A DNA stretch of 64,000 nucleotides from Batkoa obscura (taxonomy: Eukaryota): positions 62,001 to 126,000 of the forward strand of contig JASVEC010000023.1 of assembly GCA_030770535.1 (NCBI GenBank), written 5' to 3'. Position numbers and translations under genes: made by a program. Below, piece after piece: positions 11,522 to 24,436 of this stretch. Every line of letters begins with the position of its first letter. Position 1 is the first letter of the stretch. Below the pieces are notes generated by a model. That model saw only the letters and a list, made by a program, of their open reading frames with translations. It was not told where the DNA came from and made no database searches.

Positions 11522-14500
11522 ATGAGTCAAGTATCGACAGAAAAAAATGAAGAATCCGTTAGAAGAAGTAATAGCTTAAGGCCTCCTTCACCAACCTCAA
11601 GTATAAAATCGGAAAATAGTAAACAGCCTTTAGAATGTAACATAACTAAATAGCTTTATCTTAACATCAAACTCATAATACTATTCTTAGTTCTAGAAGA
11701 TCCTATGGTTTCCTATCGAATGCTTGAAGCCTTACGAAAAGGTTAGTTACTATAATAAAAAATCATGTTTATACTAAACTATTAAGGCGACGAAAACTCT
11801 ATTGCAGGCATATGGACTTCATGGCCTAAAGAGATAAATCTCCCAAACCAACCAGCAAAGAAAGCATTTACTACCCCTTTACATTTGGCGGTTACAGGTG
11901 CTACCGTGGAGATAAACAAATTTGTTATAACCAATTTGAAAGGAATTAATATCAACCAGCAAGATGTAGATGGTAATACTCCTCTTCACCTAGCTTCAAA
12001 GGGTGGAAGGAGAGACGTTATTGAACTTTTATTGAGGTTTGAAGAGATGGATGATACAATAGTTAACTTTTCAGGGCATACTGCATTTGATTTGGCTAAG
12101 AATGAACATGTCAAAAATTATTTTATAGGTACTTTAGAGTTTTTTTATTTTGAAAAATACTAAATATTTTTAGCTCGTCGTCAAGAATTTATTGCTGAAA
12201 AAACTCAGTTTTTAAACCATCACTTATCTCAGCCAACACAAGCCAATGTGACTGCTATAGTTCATTTCTTTGCCGAGAACAAACGTTCAAAACTTTTAGA
12301 TATTAACCATCGTCATCCAACAACTGGTTCAACTATACTTCATCAAGCTGTTTCCATTGGTGATGCAAAGGTTGTATCTCAACTTTTAAAAATGGGTGGA
12401 AATGTATTTGCAAGAGACAAAAGAGGAAAGAGCCCAAGTGATTTAGCTAGAGATGAAAACGTAAAAGATATTTTAAGAAGAGAAACCTCAAGCTCAGTGG
12501 TAGCTTCGGATCCAGATCAGCTACCTCGTCTTGAAGGACAGCTTAAAAAATGGACTAATTATGCAGGAGGCTATAAAGCCCGTTGGTTTAAGTTAGAAAA
12601 TGGATGTTTAACGTATTATAAAAGTGAGGAGGATACTAACAATGCTGTTAGGGGTGCTCTGAATCTTGCCAATTCTCAACTTTGGATCGACTCTTCAGAT
12701 CCACAAAAATTCGAGATAACAGGACGTGATAAAACAAAATTTGCTCTAAGAGCAAGTATGCTAGAGGAAGCTAAAATGTGGATTTTAGCTATTACTCAAA
12801 GTAAGGAGTATTTTAAAAAGCATCCAGACGGTCAACTGAACCCTACTGAAACTATTTTACCTGTTAATCATGGTCATCAGCTTGGGAATGAAAGTTCTTC
12901 TACAGTTACTAATGAAGTCAATCAAATCCCTGAAAGCTCCCCTAAAAAACAAGTGAGTATCCTTACAAGATCGAATTCTGTTGATAGTTTAAATTATGAG
13001 CCTCCACCAACTGAAGAAAATGTAACAATGTCAATTAATTCAGCAAATACGCAATTCGATCTTCATTCAAGGTTATTAGATATGTTAAAAAATTCATTGA
13101 CGTCTCCAGGTACTAAACTAGAAGATCATCTTGGACTTATTTCTACTTTGAATCAATGCTTAAATTCATTAAATGTATTGAACACAGATACAATTCAAAT
13201 GTTGCAAAAAAGAGAAGAACACTATCGTTTACTTTATGAAAAAGAGTCCAAGCGGAATAGTTTATGGACTGAAAGCTTACAAGCTTTGGCTAAGGAACAT
13301 CATCATCTTGTGGAACTTTATCAAGAACAACAAGCTCAAGGTACTAAAAGCAGCAAAGTCACAGCTAATTTAGCAGGGAATAATAGCCAGAATGCCCACG
13401 AAGATACTATTGAAACGGCTGAAGGCAATGGGATGAATGAAGACGAGCGTGAAGAAGAGGATGAGGATGATGAGGATGAGTTCTTTGATTTGGATGATCA
13501 AGTGCCTATGGGTCAGGAGAGAGTTGATGATAATGAGATAGGTGAAGATAATGAAGAAAACACTAGAGCTATTGATGAAATTGAATTAGAAGAAATTCAA
13601 GTTGGAGAAGAAAAAGTTGTACGAGCGCCAATTAAGAGGTCATATAAGGGATATCCAAAGGATGGATCGTTTCGAACTGGGCTGCCAAAGTTTAACTCGG
13701 GTACTCAGCCGCCTGCTGTTTCCTTATGGTCTGTTCTTAAGAATGCTATTGGAAAGGATCTTACTAAGATATCGCTTCCAGTCCATTTCAATGAACCAAG
13801 CTCCATGTTACAAAGAATGGCAGAAGATATGGAATATTCCATGTTATTGGATTTGGCTTCAAAACAAGCGGGTGACGGTTCTGAAAGATTACTATGGGTT
13901 ACTGCATTCGCTATGTCTAATTATTCTTCCACTGATGGGCGTATTGCTAAACCTTTTAATCCGCTTTTGGTAATTTTATTATAACTTTAGTAATGAATTT
14001 TGTTTTAATCATGTTTTAGGGAGAAACTTTTGAATATGCTCGCCCAGATAGAGGTTATAGATATATATCAGAACAAGTTAGTCATCATCCGGTAATTTAT
14101 TTTCAAATTAAATTAAATCAAATTAAATTTATTTATTATTTATTTAGCCAATAAGCGCATGCTATTGTGAGTCGCCAAATTATATATTCTACTCAGAAGT
14201 AGATGTCAAATCAAACTTTTGGGGTAAATCCTATGAACTTTTACCACAAGGTGTATGCCATGTATATTTAGTTTCAGCAGATAAAAAAACAGTAGAGCAT
14301 TATACTTGGAAAAAAGTAACCACTGCCATAACAAATTTAATTGTCGGTAATCCAACGATTGAACATTATGGTGAAATGGAGGTGATTAACCACTCTACAA
14401 AAGCAGTGTGTAAATTGAATTTCAAACCAAATCGATGGCTTAGTAGTGAAAGACATGTTTTAGAAGGATCTGTTGTTGACAATAAAGGACAACAACTATG

Positions 14501-15104
14501 GTCTTTAACAGGTGCATGGAATCAGCAATTAACAGCTACAAGGGTTGGGGGAGCGAGTGACAATGATACTACAGATTCTTTTGCTAATGAAACAACGGAT
14601 GTACCAGGGTCAAAATTAAGTAACTTTTTAGCAAATCCAAATTGTAGATCAACTGTCAAATTATGGAAACGATCACCGCCACCTAAAGAAAAGATCCCCT
14701 TTAAACTGACTCCATTTGCAGTTACTTTAAATGAAATGAGCCCAGATCTTGAAAAATTACTACCACCTACGGATTGTCGTCGTCGACCAGATCAAAGAGC
14801 TATGGAAGATGGGTTGTATGATTTAGGAAGTGAGGAAAAGAATCGATTGGAAGAAAAGCAGAGAGCTACACGTAAGGAAAGAGAAGCTAAACTTAAAGCA
14901 GCTTTAGAATCTAGTCCACCAAGCGAACATGATAGGATTCATAAGGAGTTGGGATATAAACCTGTATGGTTTGAAAAGGCTATTGATAAAGATACTAATG
15001 AAGGATATTGGAGATTTAATCATGGGTATTGGAAATTGCGCGAAAAGGCGGAAAGTGTGGATGAGGAACCTAATCGTTGGGAAGGAGTACCTAGAATTTT
15101 TTAA
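11522..15104 (+). CDS. Oxysterol-binding protein, Osh1/Osh2 type (ankyrin + PH + FFAT-like + ORD), ~6 exons
   Basis: Ankyrin [10 protein letters not shown] domain [18 protein letters not shown]; acidic tract followed by EFFDLDD; KPFNPLLGET; EQVSHHPP. Confidence 0.95.
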
Positions 15105-15359
15105 TTGAAAGCGTCAAAAAAGGTTTTGATTAAATATTTTAATTTTAGCGAGTGTTTTTAATTAATCATTTTAATTAAATAGTTAAGTTTAATTTATAAA
15201 TTGATTACATGCTTTGAAATGTAGTTTAGTAATAACTTTATTTAATTTTTGTCTTTAAAAAAAATCATAACCCAATGCTTGACATATTAAACCATATTAT
15301 AAGGTAAGATTCGTTCTAACTATTAGCTGATTCTCTATATAAAACTCTCTATAAATCAC

Positions 15360-16312
15360 TTATTTTTTAAAAGCACCTGGTTTATATAACAGATGATCTA
15401 ATATTTGAGGGCTCGAAAATTTAGCTCTTAAATCAATAACATATGATAATCTTGATTCAAGATCTCGTAAATAGAATCTTTTTTCAGAGTTGGGGGTAGG
15501 TAGTTGTGCTAAAATATTAAATATAAATTGAATAAAATCATAGAATAAAATGAGTAATACCTAATCCATCTGTAAATCTTTTAGAGCAAGCCAATTGTTC
15601 CACTGGTAATTTAATCTGTTTAGTAGTTAATGGGAATTTATAAACTTCTAAGTTCATACTCTTGCCCCCTTTAAGTAAAGTAATTCTTGAAACACATCTA
15701 TATAGAAAAATAATTATGAAAATAAGCTAGAATAATCACTGACTAAATAAGCTTACTTTGAAGAATAAAACCAAATAGTAGCTGAGATAGCAGAACCTAA
15801 ACCCATAGCTAAAAATAAAGCCAGTCCACGTTTCCAAGACTCATATAATTTCGGCTGGTTTGTTTCTCTAAGAGTGAAAAAATGGTTGAGAAAACAAATC
15901 AAAGAAATGGTAAAAAACAAAACTCACTCATCTACTTTTCCTAACTTGGTGTATGCTAATTGTCCAAAGTTCACCCTAAGATTTAAAATTATAAATTTGT
16001 TATTAAATTTACTGAATAAAATTTTACCAGAACAATATCTGAAAAACTGAGAATATTCTTAAAGATAATACATGAGTTTTGTTATTATTAGAATACATTA
16101 CTTTATCCCCAGCTTCAATGAATTGCTTGAACTCTTTTAAAGTTATGGTTTTTACAGATTTTGGTTTTGTTATAGTAGCAAAAGCGGATCTTAATGCTGA
16201 AGGTGACTTAAAAGCTGAGCGTTGGAACTAATGGAAATTTAATAGTTAGCTTAATATTTTGAAATTGTGCTGGGACTATTACTAGGCTCATTAGGCTATT
16301 CAATTTTATCAT
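15360..16312 (-). CDS. TMEM223/Mrx15-like mitochondrial inner-membrane protein, multi-exon
   Basis: Hand-spliced: FSVFQILFW, TM segment LALFLAMGLGSAISATIWF, RCVSRITLLKGGKSMNL, YVIDLRAKFSSPQILDHL. Confidence 0.65.
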
Positions 16313-17450
16313 CTTTTCTATTACTTGCTAATTGTTGAGATTTAAAATTTAAAAAAATGAAATTTTTGCTCCAAATTTTGCGCCATGTAAAGGATGGAAA
16401 AGTAGTTCAGATGGATGTTTACAAAAATTTGAGAAATCATTAAAAACAAGATTCGATAATTTTACATAAGGGTTACTTAAAAAATATACTATATACCGGT
16501 AATTTAATCAATATACCTTCAGTAACAGTGGTATTATTTGCTTGGCTATTTTATTAACAAATAACATCAAAATTTAAAATTAAACATCGCATAGCTTAAA
16601 GATGATTATTTTCTATAAAAAAGGTATATTATTAGAGATCGTATTACTATTAAGCTTTAGGCGATGTATATGGAAATAAAAAATTTGATTATTGTGAGAA
16701 TATACTAATGCTCAAATAGGTAAATATAGAGGACGAAGATTTGTTTATTGAACTCAAATTAGTTTCCAAACATGCCTTATTTGCGATAGTTTCATTGCTT
16801 TTCATTCTAATATAAAACTGATATTATGACTCCCCCAATACACATACTTATTCAAAGAAGTAAGATTGCCTTCAGTTTTATATGTATAAAGATTCAATAT
16901 ACTTCATTATATAACTTTTTTCAAGGCTTATTCTACGTATTAACATGCACTATCGCTTTATACGTAATTTGCTTAGACCATCTACTTTAGTAGCTAAAAA
17001 ACACCCACATTTCGTGACTTTATTACCTTTGTCCAAAAAAGTTGCTACTAATGAAAAATAAGTAATAAAATTATTGATCCAAGTGGCAGAAACCAAAAAC
17101 TGACTATGATACAAAGAAGGAGCTACTAGGTTGACCCGAGGTTCATATGGCTTATAAGGGAAATGAATAGAACTGACAGAGTTACGGATTGAGTTTTTGA
17201 TCATAGTATTGCGTAAAAAAGAATTGGCTAGTTCGAACCTTTTTCAATTTTTCCAGTTTATTAAAATTTCATTTTTTAATTAGATCCTTACACTTCACTG
17301 ACATATAGCTACCAAACATAAATACAATATTAATTTTTTGTTTATTTTATCCTTAGATTCTATTAGTAAAAGTCTAAAACAAAATATTTTCTATATTAAC
17401 CTTTATGAAATAACTGTGCTTGTAGCATATCTCCAAAGTTTTAATATATT

Positions 17451-17490
17451 TTAGCTATAATATAAATAGTTTAGCTATAATATAAATAGT
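17451..17490. repeat. Tandem duplication of a 20-mer
   Basis: ttagctataatataaatagt x2. Confidence 0.8.
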
Positions 17491-17680
17491 TTTAATGTAG
17501 CTTATAATTATTTCCCAAACTATCTAAAAAATATGAAAACTCAACTTGAAACCTGTTTTCACCAAAAACCATTTCATAGCCTATTCTTACTAGTTTGTTA
17601 CGTCACTTAAAATGGTTTAAAAAAGAAATAAAAAGAACAAAAGTAATTTTTTTATATAAAAAAAATACTGCTGAATAAAA

Positions 17681-18319
17681 ATGATGCATACTGTGCCAAC
17701 CGTTTTTGAGTCCCGTGTGATCCAAGCCCCCCTCGACAAAGTATGGAAAAGTATTCGCAACCTTGAGTTTCCTTTCTGGAAGTTGGTGGATAATGTAGAC
17801 TTGCAAAAGAATGAAAGTGGTGTTGGTAAGTGAGAGATTTGATATTTGCTAAATGAAATTCACTAATATATTATTTTAAGTTGGAAGTTCACGCAAAGTT
17901 CAATTTAAAGTAAGTTAATTTGATTTAGTGTACTTATTTAATCTTGTTTTTTTTTAAATTTAGGATGGTACCGTTCAAGAGTTTCGTGTGCTTGAGCTGT
18001 CAGGTAAATCTTTTATTACCTTTAATGATATATAAACAATATATTAAAGATTACAACTACACTGTAATATACGAATTGGAAGATTCTAATCCATCCGTGC
18101 AATTTTTATCTGTGATCCATACCATCCGTTGTAAACATGTTACTCATGTATGTAGATTCATTACTTTTTTGATTTTAATTAAATAATCTTTAGGACAACT
18201 CGACCTTTATTGAGTGGAGTAGTTTATTTAGTTCGGATGCTGATCAGCAGGTCATCCAAGACAATCAATTTAAAAAACAAGATGCTCTTAAAGATTTGGC
18301 TGAGTTTATCAAGAATTAA
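17681..18319 (+). CDS. SRPBCC / Bet v1-like (polyketide cyclase-like) ligand-binding protein, 5 exons
   Basis: Spliced ESRVIQAPLDKVWKSIRNL...VGSSRKVQFKDGTVQEFRVLELS...TFIEWSSLFSSDA. Confidence 0.85.
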
Positions 18320-18526
18320 ATACTACTAAATATACTTATTTTTATATTTTATTCTCTTCAAATTTTAAATTTTTAAATTTTTAAATCAATGCTAAAAATT
18401 AAACTGCATAAATCATGCAAAATAACTAAAAAATAGCTCTATTTGGATATGAAATCATTTCGAAGTTCAAATTATAATCGTAAAATTGAGAATTTTTAAT
18501 TTGTCTTTTTTGTTTCTTTTACTAAA

Positions 18527-21045
18527 ATGCACCAACTCAATGTATTAAAAGAAATAATCAAAAAAATTGATAATGTTGGAGTAGAAGATCAACAAGCCCA
18601 GCAAGCGATAATAAATAAATTGGAAGAGTTTACCAGTAATTATAAGAAGGAGATAATTAAAGGAAACAGCCTTGATTCAATTGAAAAGGAAAGCGACAGA
18701 GCGTTATTGAACAAGATCAATTTGGATTTATTAACTTTATTTCAAGATTCAAATAGAAATCATGAGTTCTGTTTTGAAGTCATCAAATATTTATCACCAA
18801 TAATAGGCATCAAAAAGTTCTTTCTAAATTGGTGGAGTATTGTCGTTACTAAATGGTTATTTCAAGATTTGAATAATGAAAATGGGAATGATATCATTAA
18901 GTTGATTTTGGAGTTCCTGTTCATTGAGACAGCAGAAGATAATGAATGTCCAGCTATTTTATATATCTTAGAGTTTTATATTGTTAATCATCAAAGCTAT
19001 TCAAAGAATGAAAGTAATACTCAGGTTTATAATAATGATGTTTCATTATTAAAGGTTCAACAAACATCTAGCTTAAGCCAGTTGGATAATCTGTATTCTA
19101 ACTTAAATAAGATTATTTTGGAATATGGTATCGTAAAGACAAAAGTAAGCTTAGTTTTTGCATGATTATACATTTAATATCAATTTATTAACATTAAGGA
19201 ATTTTACCACTCTTGTAATGTATTGTATAGATACACAATTTATAGAATTATTGTAACTGATATATTAATAAATTTTATTTCAGAAAAGGTAAATTATAAT
19301 TATAAAGTATTAAATTTCATTATAGCATTTTAATGTATTTATAGTCTGATTATTCACATGAAATAATTAATACAGAATTATTAAAAAACATGTATTTATC
19401 TTTAATCTTCGATAAATCTTGGTTATTATTTCAATTAAATTTAACAATAATTTCAATGATCTTGCCTTATATTATCAAAGAATTAAAAGAACATTTAGTA
19501 ATCGTATTATTAGTAATCTTAAGGCATTCTATCTCAGTAAATAACCAATTAATGCCATTGTTTGATAATAGTTTAACGGAGGGTATCACATTTAATATTA
19601 TAGGTAAGATTGTTACTAATATTCTAAATAACATAATAACATATTTAGTGGACGAAACAAAATTCGATAACAATAAAAGGATCAAGGATTTATTTTCTTT
19701 AATCTTATTTTTATTTCCATACAACTTTATCAATTTTATAAAGCAGCCAAAGGAATATCTATATAGTCATATTGATATCATCAGATCATATTTTCAACTT
19801 GATAACAACAAAGAAGTCACTTTAAATCAAATTTTTGATCAAAAATCATTTCAACATGATATGAATGTAGGTCTATAATATATTATACTATTCCTATTAT
19901 ACTAAAACATACCTATTTTTATTAGAGTATTTTAGAAGAGCATACTTTCCCATCAAGTTATTTATTTGGTGATTTAAATGATGAGCTATCTGATGAAAAC
20001 TCATCCTTTTTAATTGAACCTATTGAAATTATTAGTAAAAGTCTAATCTTACAACCAAATCCAAGTTCAGGTAATTTGTTAATAATAAGTAAGCTTTTGA
20101 ATATTAATCTTTGATTTTTATAGAACATATCCAAATTAATGGTAATAGCATACTTGATTCCTCCGATTTATTTTCAGAACAGTTTATTAATTTGAAGTAT
20201 GAAATTATTAACAATAAAAATAAAAATGATAAAAAGGTAATTTAAAAATACACATTACAAATAATTGGTATAATAAATAAATCAAGGATGACAGTGTTCA
20301 AGAAGGAGAAGATTTGGTAAGTAAAAAGAAAGAGATAATCTTAAATGAAAATTTATTATTACGAGGCGAATTACTATTTGAAACATATCTATGTCAACAT
20401 CAATCTCAATATATTAGGAAATTACATAGGGATAGAATATTAGAAAGTTCAACTGAAGCGGAAAGACATAGTTTAGTAAGCTTATAATTGATAATACAAC
20501 GAAAACTTTTGATTTAAAATTAATGTCATTTATAGTATTCCACATGTAAAACATTGCGAAACGAAGTAAAAGTATTAAAGGAATTGATGGAAAGACAGAG
20601 AGTAGAAAGTTCGGCTAGCCAATCAAAGCACATTACTTGGGAAAATGAGTTGAATAAAAAAGTCAAGTATTATCGGGAGCTTTGTAGAGAATTGAAAGTT
20701 AAGAATGAGATTTTGGCAAAGGAGATGGAGGAGTTAAAGGTATGCTTTTATATCTTTTAATAAATTATTTTTAAATGATTATTTTTGTATAGGTCGGTGA
20801 CAATGCCAGTACCAAAATTTTACAAAATTTGGAATTTAAAGAGGATTGTTTAAATGGATTGAGTTCGGCGATTGATGAATTAAAATCAGAACTTAAAAAT
20901 AAAGAAGTACAAATCCAAAAATTAACGGAAAAAATAATTCAGTGGTAACATTCAATTTATTAAGTATAATATATGTATTTTATTATTTATTAGGGAAATT
21001 GAAGATAAATCGATAAAGGGAAGTAAAGAGGATGAAAATGAATAA
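18527..21045 (+). CDS. TSC1: Hamartin (TSC1)-like protein, multi-exon
   Basis: LFLFPYNFINFIK; LLLRGELLFETYLCQHQSQYIRKLHRDRI...EAERHSL; C-terminal coiled coil. Confidence 0.75.
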
Positions 21046-21187
21046 AATAATGCTAATAAATGAATAAATAAAATTAATCATATACTAATACTAATTTCAG
21101 GGTTTAAATTTACTTAACTTATTTTAGTTTATTTAAAATAGCATTTTTTATTTAATGAAAAATAACGAGAATAAGAGTAAGAATGTT

Positions 21188-23311
21188 TTAAGCAATGATC
21201 TTAGCATATGTAGGTAAGTTACACCAAAAATCAATCAACGCTTGTCTCGATAAAGCTTGATACCCCTTGGATTTTACGACCTTCCCAAAGTTATGAAACA
21301 TGAACTTAATAGCTCTCTTCTTTAAGCCTAATTCATTAGCTTTAGTAGCTTGATAATAAATATGGGCTACATTTTCGACTTTAATATTTTGATGTAAATA
21401 CTCTCCACATATCATTTGTAATGGTTTCATATCATATAAATTCCCCAATACTAATAAATTAGCAATGATATGAGTATTGTTAGTAGTTAGTTGATCTGTA
21501 TATAAGTATTTTAAGAAATGATAAGTAGTATTATAAGCTTCAGGGATAATAAAATAACTCAATTCACTTTCTTTCATACCACTGTCTTGTAAATTTTTAA
21601 AATGCTCCCAACGAGTCATTAACAAAAATTTATGAGCTGGTATATAAGATTGTTCTTTTTCATTGGAATAAATTTTAAAATCTGACATTAATTCATTGCC
21701 AAACATATTATGGAAATTGAGGGAAGATTGTGGAAGTGATAACGTGTTAGTTTGTTGATTGTTAAAAAATAAGCCATACTCCATTAAATCAATCTTTAAT
21801 AATGAACCCAAATAATTCTTTTTGTTTTCTAGATTAGCTCCAATCAAATAAAATTCTTCTAATTCATTATTCATAGCAAAATACGTCTTATATTTTAATT
21901 TTAATCTACTATTAATATTGACTTCCATATTTCCACTATTATTTACAATTATGATAGGATTATTATTAAAATTATTACCATTATTATCTACAAAGCCAAC
22001 GCTATTGTTAGTTATATCATTTTGACTACTACTCATATCTGACACACTATCATTATTACTCTCATTAGGTTTACTACCTAATAAAATCCCATCTTCTTTG
22101 TTCAAATGTTGGTTCCAAGTGAAAGTATTTAAATCTAAGGAATAAATACCCATTAAATAGCCGTTAGGTTCACAAGGAGGAATAACGACAACTAACTTAT
22201 TTTGATATAGACAACAAGCACTCGCAAAATTAACTCTCATTCTAGTTTGTTCGATATAATCCATTTCATTTTCGATTTCTGGGGCTTTATTTGATTCTAA
22301 GCTTAATATTCCTTTTTCTCCTGTTTTTAAGTTTAAAAAGCATAACATATTACTTTCGTTCTCTTCCAAGATATACCGAATACTTTTAAATCCACCGTAA
22401 CAATATAACAAATCTTTATAAATAAAGTTATAATGAGCTACTTTAGGGTAAAATTCATATTGTTGACTCCAAGTCCAAGTTTTTAAATCTAAGGAAGCTA
22501 CACTACTTAAAATTTTATTATGTCTTTTACCACCATGAATATACATTTTATCTTCATGAATAAAAGCAGAATGTCTTGATCTACCAATTGGTTTTCTACC
22601 CTTTGTTATTTTTTGTTCCCATTTCATTGTTACCAAATCTAAACAATAGGTATCTGATAAATAATCTCCAGAAATACCATTGCCACCAAAGATAATCATA
22701 CTTTGTTTATAAATAACAGCACTATGGTTATCTCTTGCACAAGGCGCGTTATTATCCTTAAAATGATGCCATTGATTTGTATTAATATCCAAATAAGCTG
22801 TTAACTTATTAAAATCATTATTATCCGTATCATAACCACCAAATAATATTAATTTATTTTGATAACTGGTTAAACTTGCATAGATTAAATGGCCAAACTC
22901 TAAATTGACTGTTTTTTGCCACCTTGGATGAAGCTCGGTTATTTTATTCCAACGCCCAGTCAAACTACTATCAGTTGCTTCTGTATTAACATCATCTTCT
23001 GTATTACTCTGTTGGAATATATTGGTCTTATGGTCAGCATTGATGCATGGATCTCGTGATATATCTATATCATGCTCATTATAAGTATCTTCAGTGTTTT
23101 CTTCTTGCTGTTCAATATCTTCGATAATATCCCCAATCGAGGACAAAGCAGTAGGGATACTATTACCATTACTATTATCTTCACTTTCATGGCTACTGGT
23201 ACTATCATTGTTATTATTATTACTACTACTGGAAGACGAAATGGAGCCGGAATCGCCTGGATTTACGACAAGCCCTTCACTGCTTTCAATCAGTAACTTT
23301 CTTCTTTTCAT
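21188..23311 (-). CDS. Kelch-repeat + BTB/POZ protein (LZTR1/Mds3-like architecture)
   Basis: Kelch repeats (LILFGG, RDNHSAV...IIFGG, RSRHSA...IHGG); BTB SDFKI...IPAHKFLLMTRWEHF...SGMKES. Confidence 0.9.
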   Translation of the reverse strand: MKRRKLLIESSEGLVVNPGDSGSISSSSSSNNNNNDSTSSHESEDNSNGNSIPTALSSIGDIIEDIEQQEENTEDTYNEHDIDISRDPCINADHKTNIFQQSNTEDDVNTEATDSSLTGRWNKITELHPRWQKTVNLEFGHLIYASLTSYQNKLILFGGYDTDNNDFNKLTAYLDINTNQWHHFKDNNAPCARDNHSAVIYKQSMIIFGGNGISGDYLSDTYCLDLVTMKWEQKITKGRKPIGRSRHSAFIHEDKMYIHGGKRHNKILSSVASLDLKTWTWSQQYEFYPKVAHYNFIYKDLLYCYGGFKSIRYILEENESNMLCFLNLKTGEKGILSLESNKAPEIENEMDYIEQTRMRVNFASACCLYQNKLVVVIPPCEPNGYLMGIYSLDLNTFTWNQHLNKEDGILLGSKPNESNNDSVSDMSSSQNDITNNSVGFVDNNGNNFNNNPIIIVNNSGNMEVNINSRLKLKYKTYFAMNNELEEFYLIGANLENKKNYLGSLLKIDLMEYGLFFNNQQTNTLSLPQSSLNFHNMFGNELMSDFKIYSNEKEQSYIPAHKFLLMTRWEHFKNLQDSGMKESELSYFIIPEAYNTTYHFLKYLYTDQLTTNNTHIIANLLVLGNLYDMKPLQMICGEYLHQNIKVENVAHIYYQATKANELGLKKRAIKFMFHNFGKVVKSKGYQALSRQALIDFWCNLPTYAKIIA

Positions 23312-23547
23312 GATATTTGATTGTTTAAATTAAAAAAAGGTTTCTAAAATAACGTGACTGCTTATTTTTTTAACTGAATTTGGGGAGAATTTGAGCTTTT
23401 GCAATTTTACTTTGATGGTATAGTTTTGCAATTGAGTAAGCTTTTTTTGGTTTAACATTGTAAAAATAAAATAAACAGTGTAAAATAATATAAATAATAT
23501 AAATACTCATTTATTTAACTTGAATATTTTATCAAAAGCATTGGAAT

Positions 23548-24344
23548 CTATCCATCAAACCTTCTACCACTTGAATAAAAGCCCAAAATTTGATCCAAAC
23601 TTTTAATTGAAGATTTGTATTCCATTCTTTTACTTTTTTTACTATTCGGACTATTAGCTTCGCTATTTGCTTCCTTTTTATCTATTTCTTTATTCACTGC
23701 TTTGTTACTATCCTCTTCTTCTTCCACATTAGAAATTTGTTTTTCAAACTCATGCTTCGACAACATTTGTTTAAACTTTCTTTTAGCCGCAAAACTAATC
23801 TTATCTTGACGTTCAAGTTTTTTCTATTATAGTATTTATTAGTTCTGTAATTTTATTTAACCGAAAAAGCAAATCCAAACATAAAAATTCAACTACTTAC
23901 CTTCCATCTTCCCACCAATTTTTCCAACTGATAAACATCGATATCAGTTAATAGATCCTCTTGCTGTTCCCCACAGTTATCTGGTAGCCATTTACTTACT
24001 AGCTCTTTTTCATCCTTTTCAACTTGAGGTAAATCCCTTGTACGTAATAAAATACCCAAAATATTAGCGTCTTGTTCCGTTTGTATACCATCATTGGGAT
24101 AAACCATAATCAAAGGGTTATTTTTGTTTTTATGTAACTCTTCGTTGAGGGAAACAAACTTTCCAACTAACAAATTTAATTTAGTCATTAATTCATCATA
24201 ATTTAAGTTTAATGGGTTGTTTGTTTGTAATTCTATTATATGATAGAGTTCGAGAAAATCTTGCTGTAATTGATATGTCTTGGAGAGCAATACATCTAAA
24301 TCATTGGCGTTTAATGGTTGCTTCAAAAGACTGTTGTTGCTCAT
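23548..24344 (-). CDS. MED8: Mediator subunit 8, 2 exons
   Basis: VYPNDG...EQDANILGILLRTRDLPQVE; C-terminal LDQILGFYSSG. Confidence 0.65.
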
Positions 24345-24436
24345 TCTTTTGGGATTTTTGACAAAAGTTTGGAAAAGGTTGAAAAAAATAAAAGTTGAAA
24401 ATTGGAATTTTGTTTTTTAAAATCAAAAAATCAAAA

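Noticed and set aside
12958..12966. GTATCCTT U12-type donor-like motif (also ATATCCTT near 43020)
   Set aside because: Both lie inside continuous coding exons, with no intron needed
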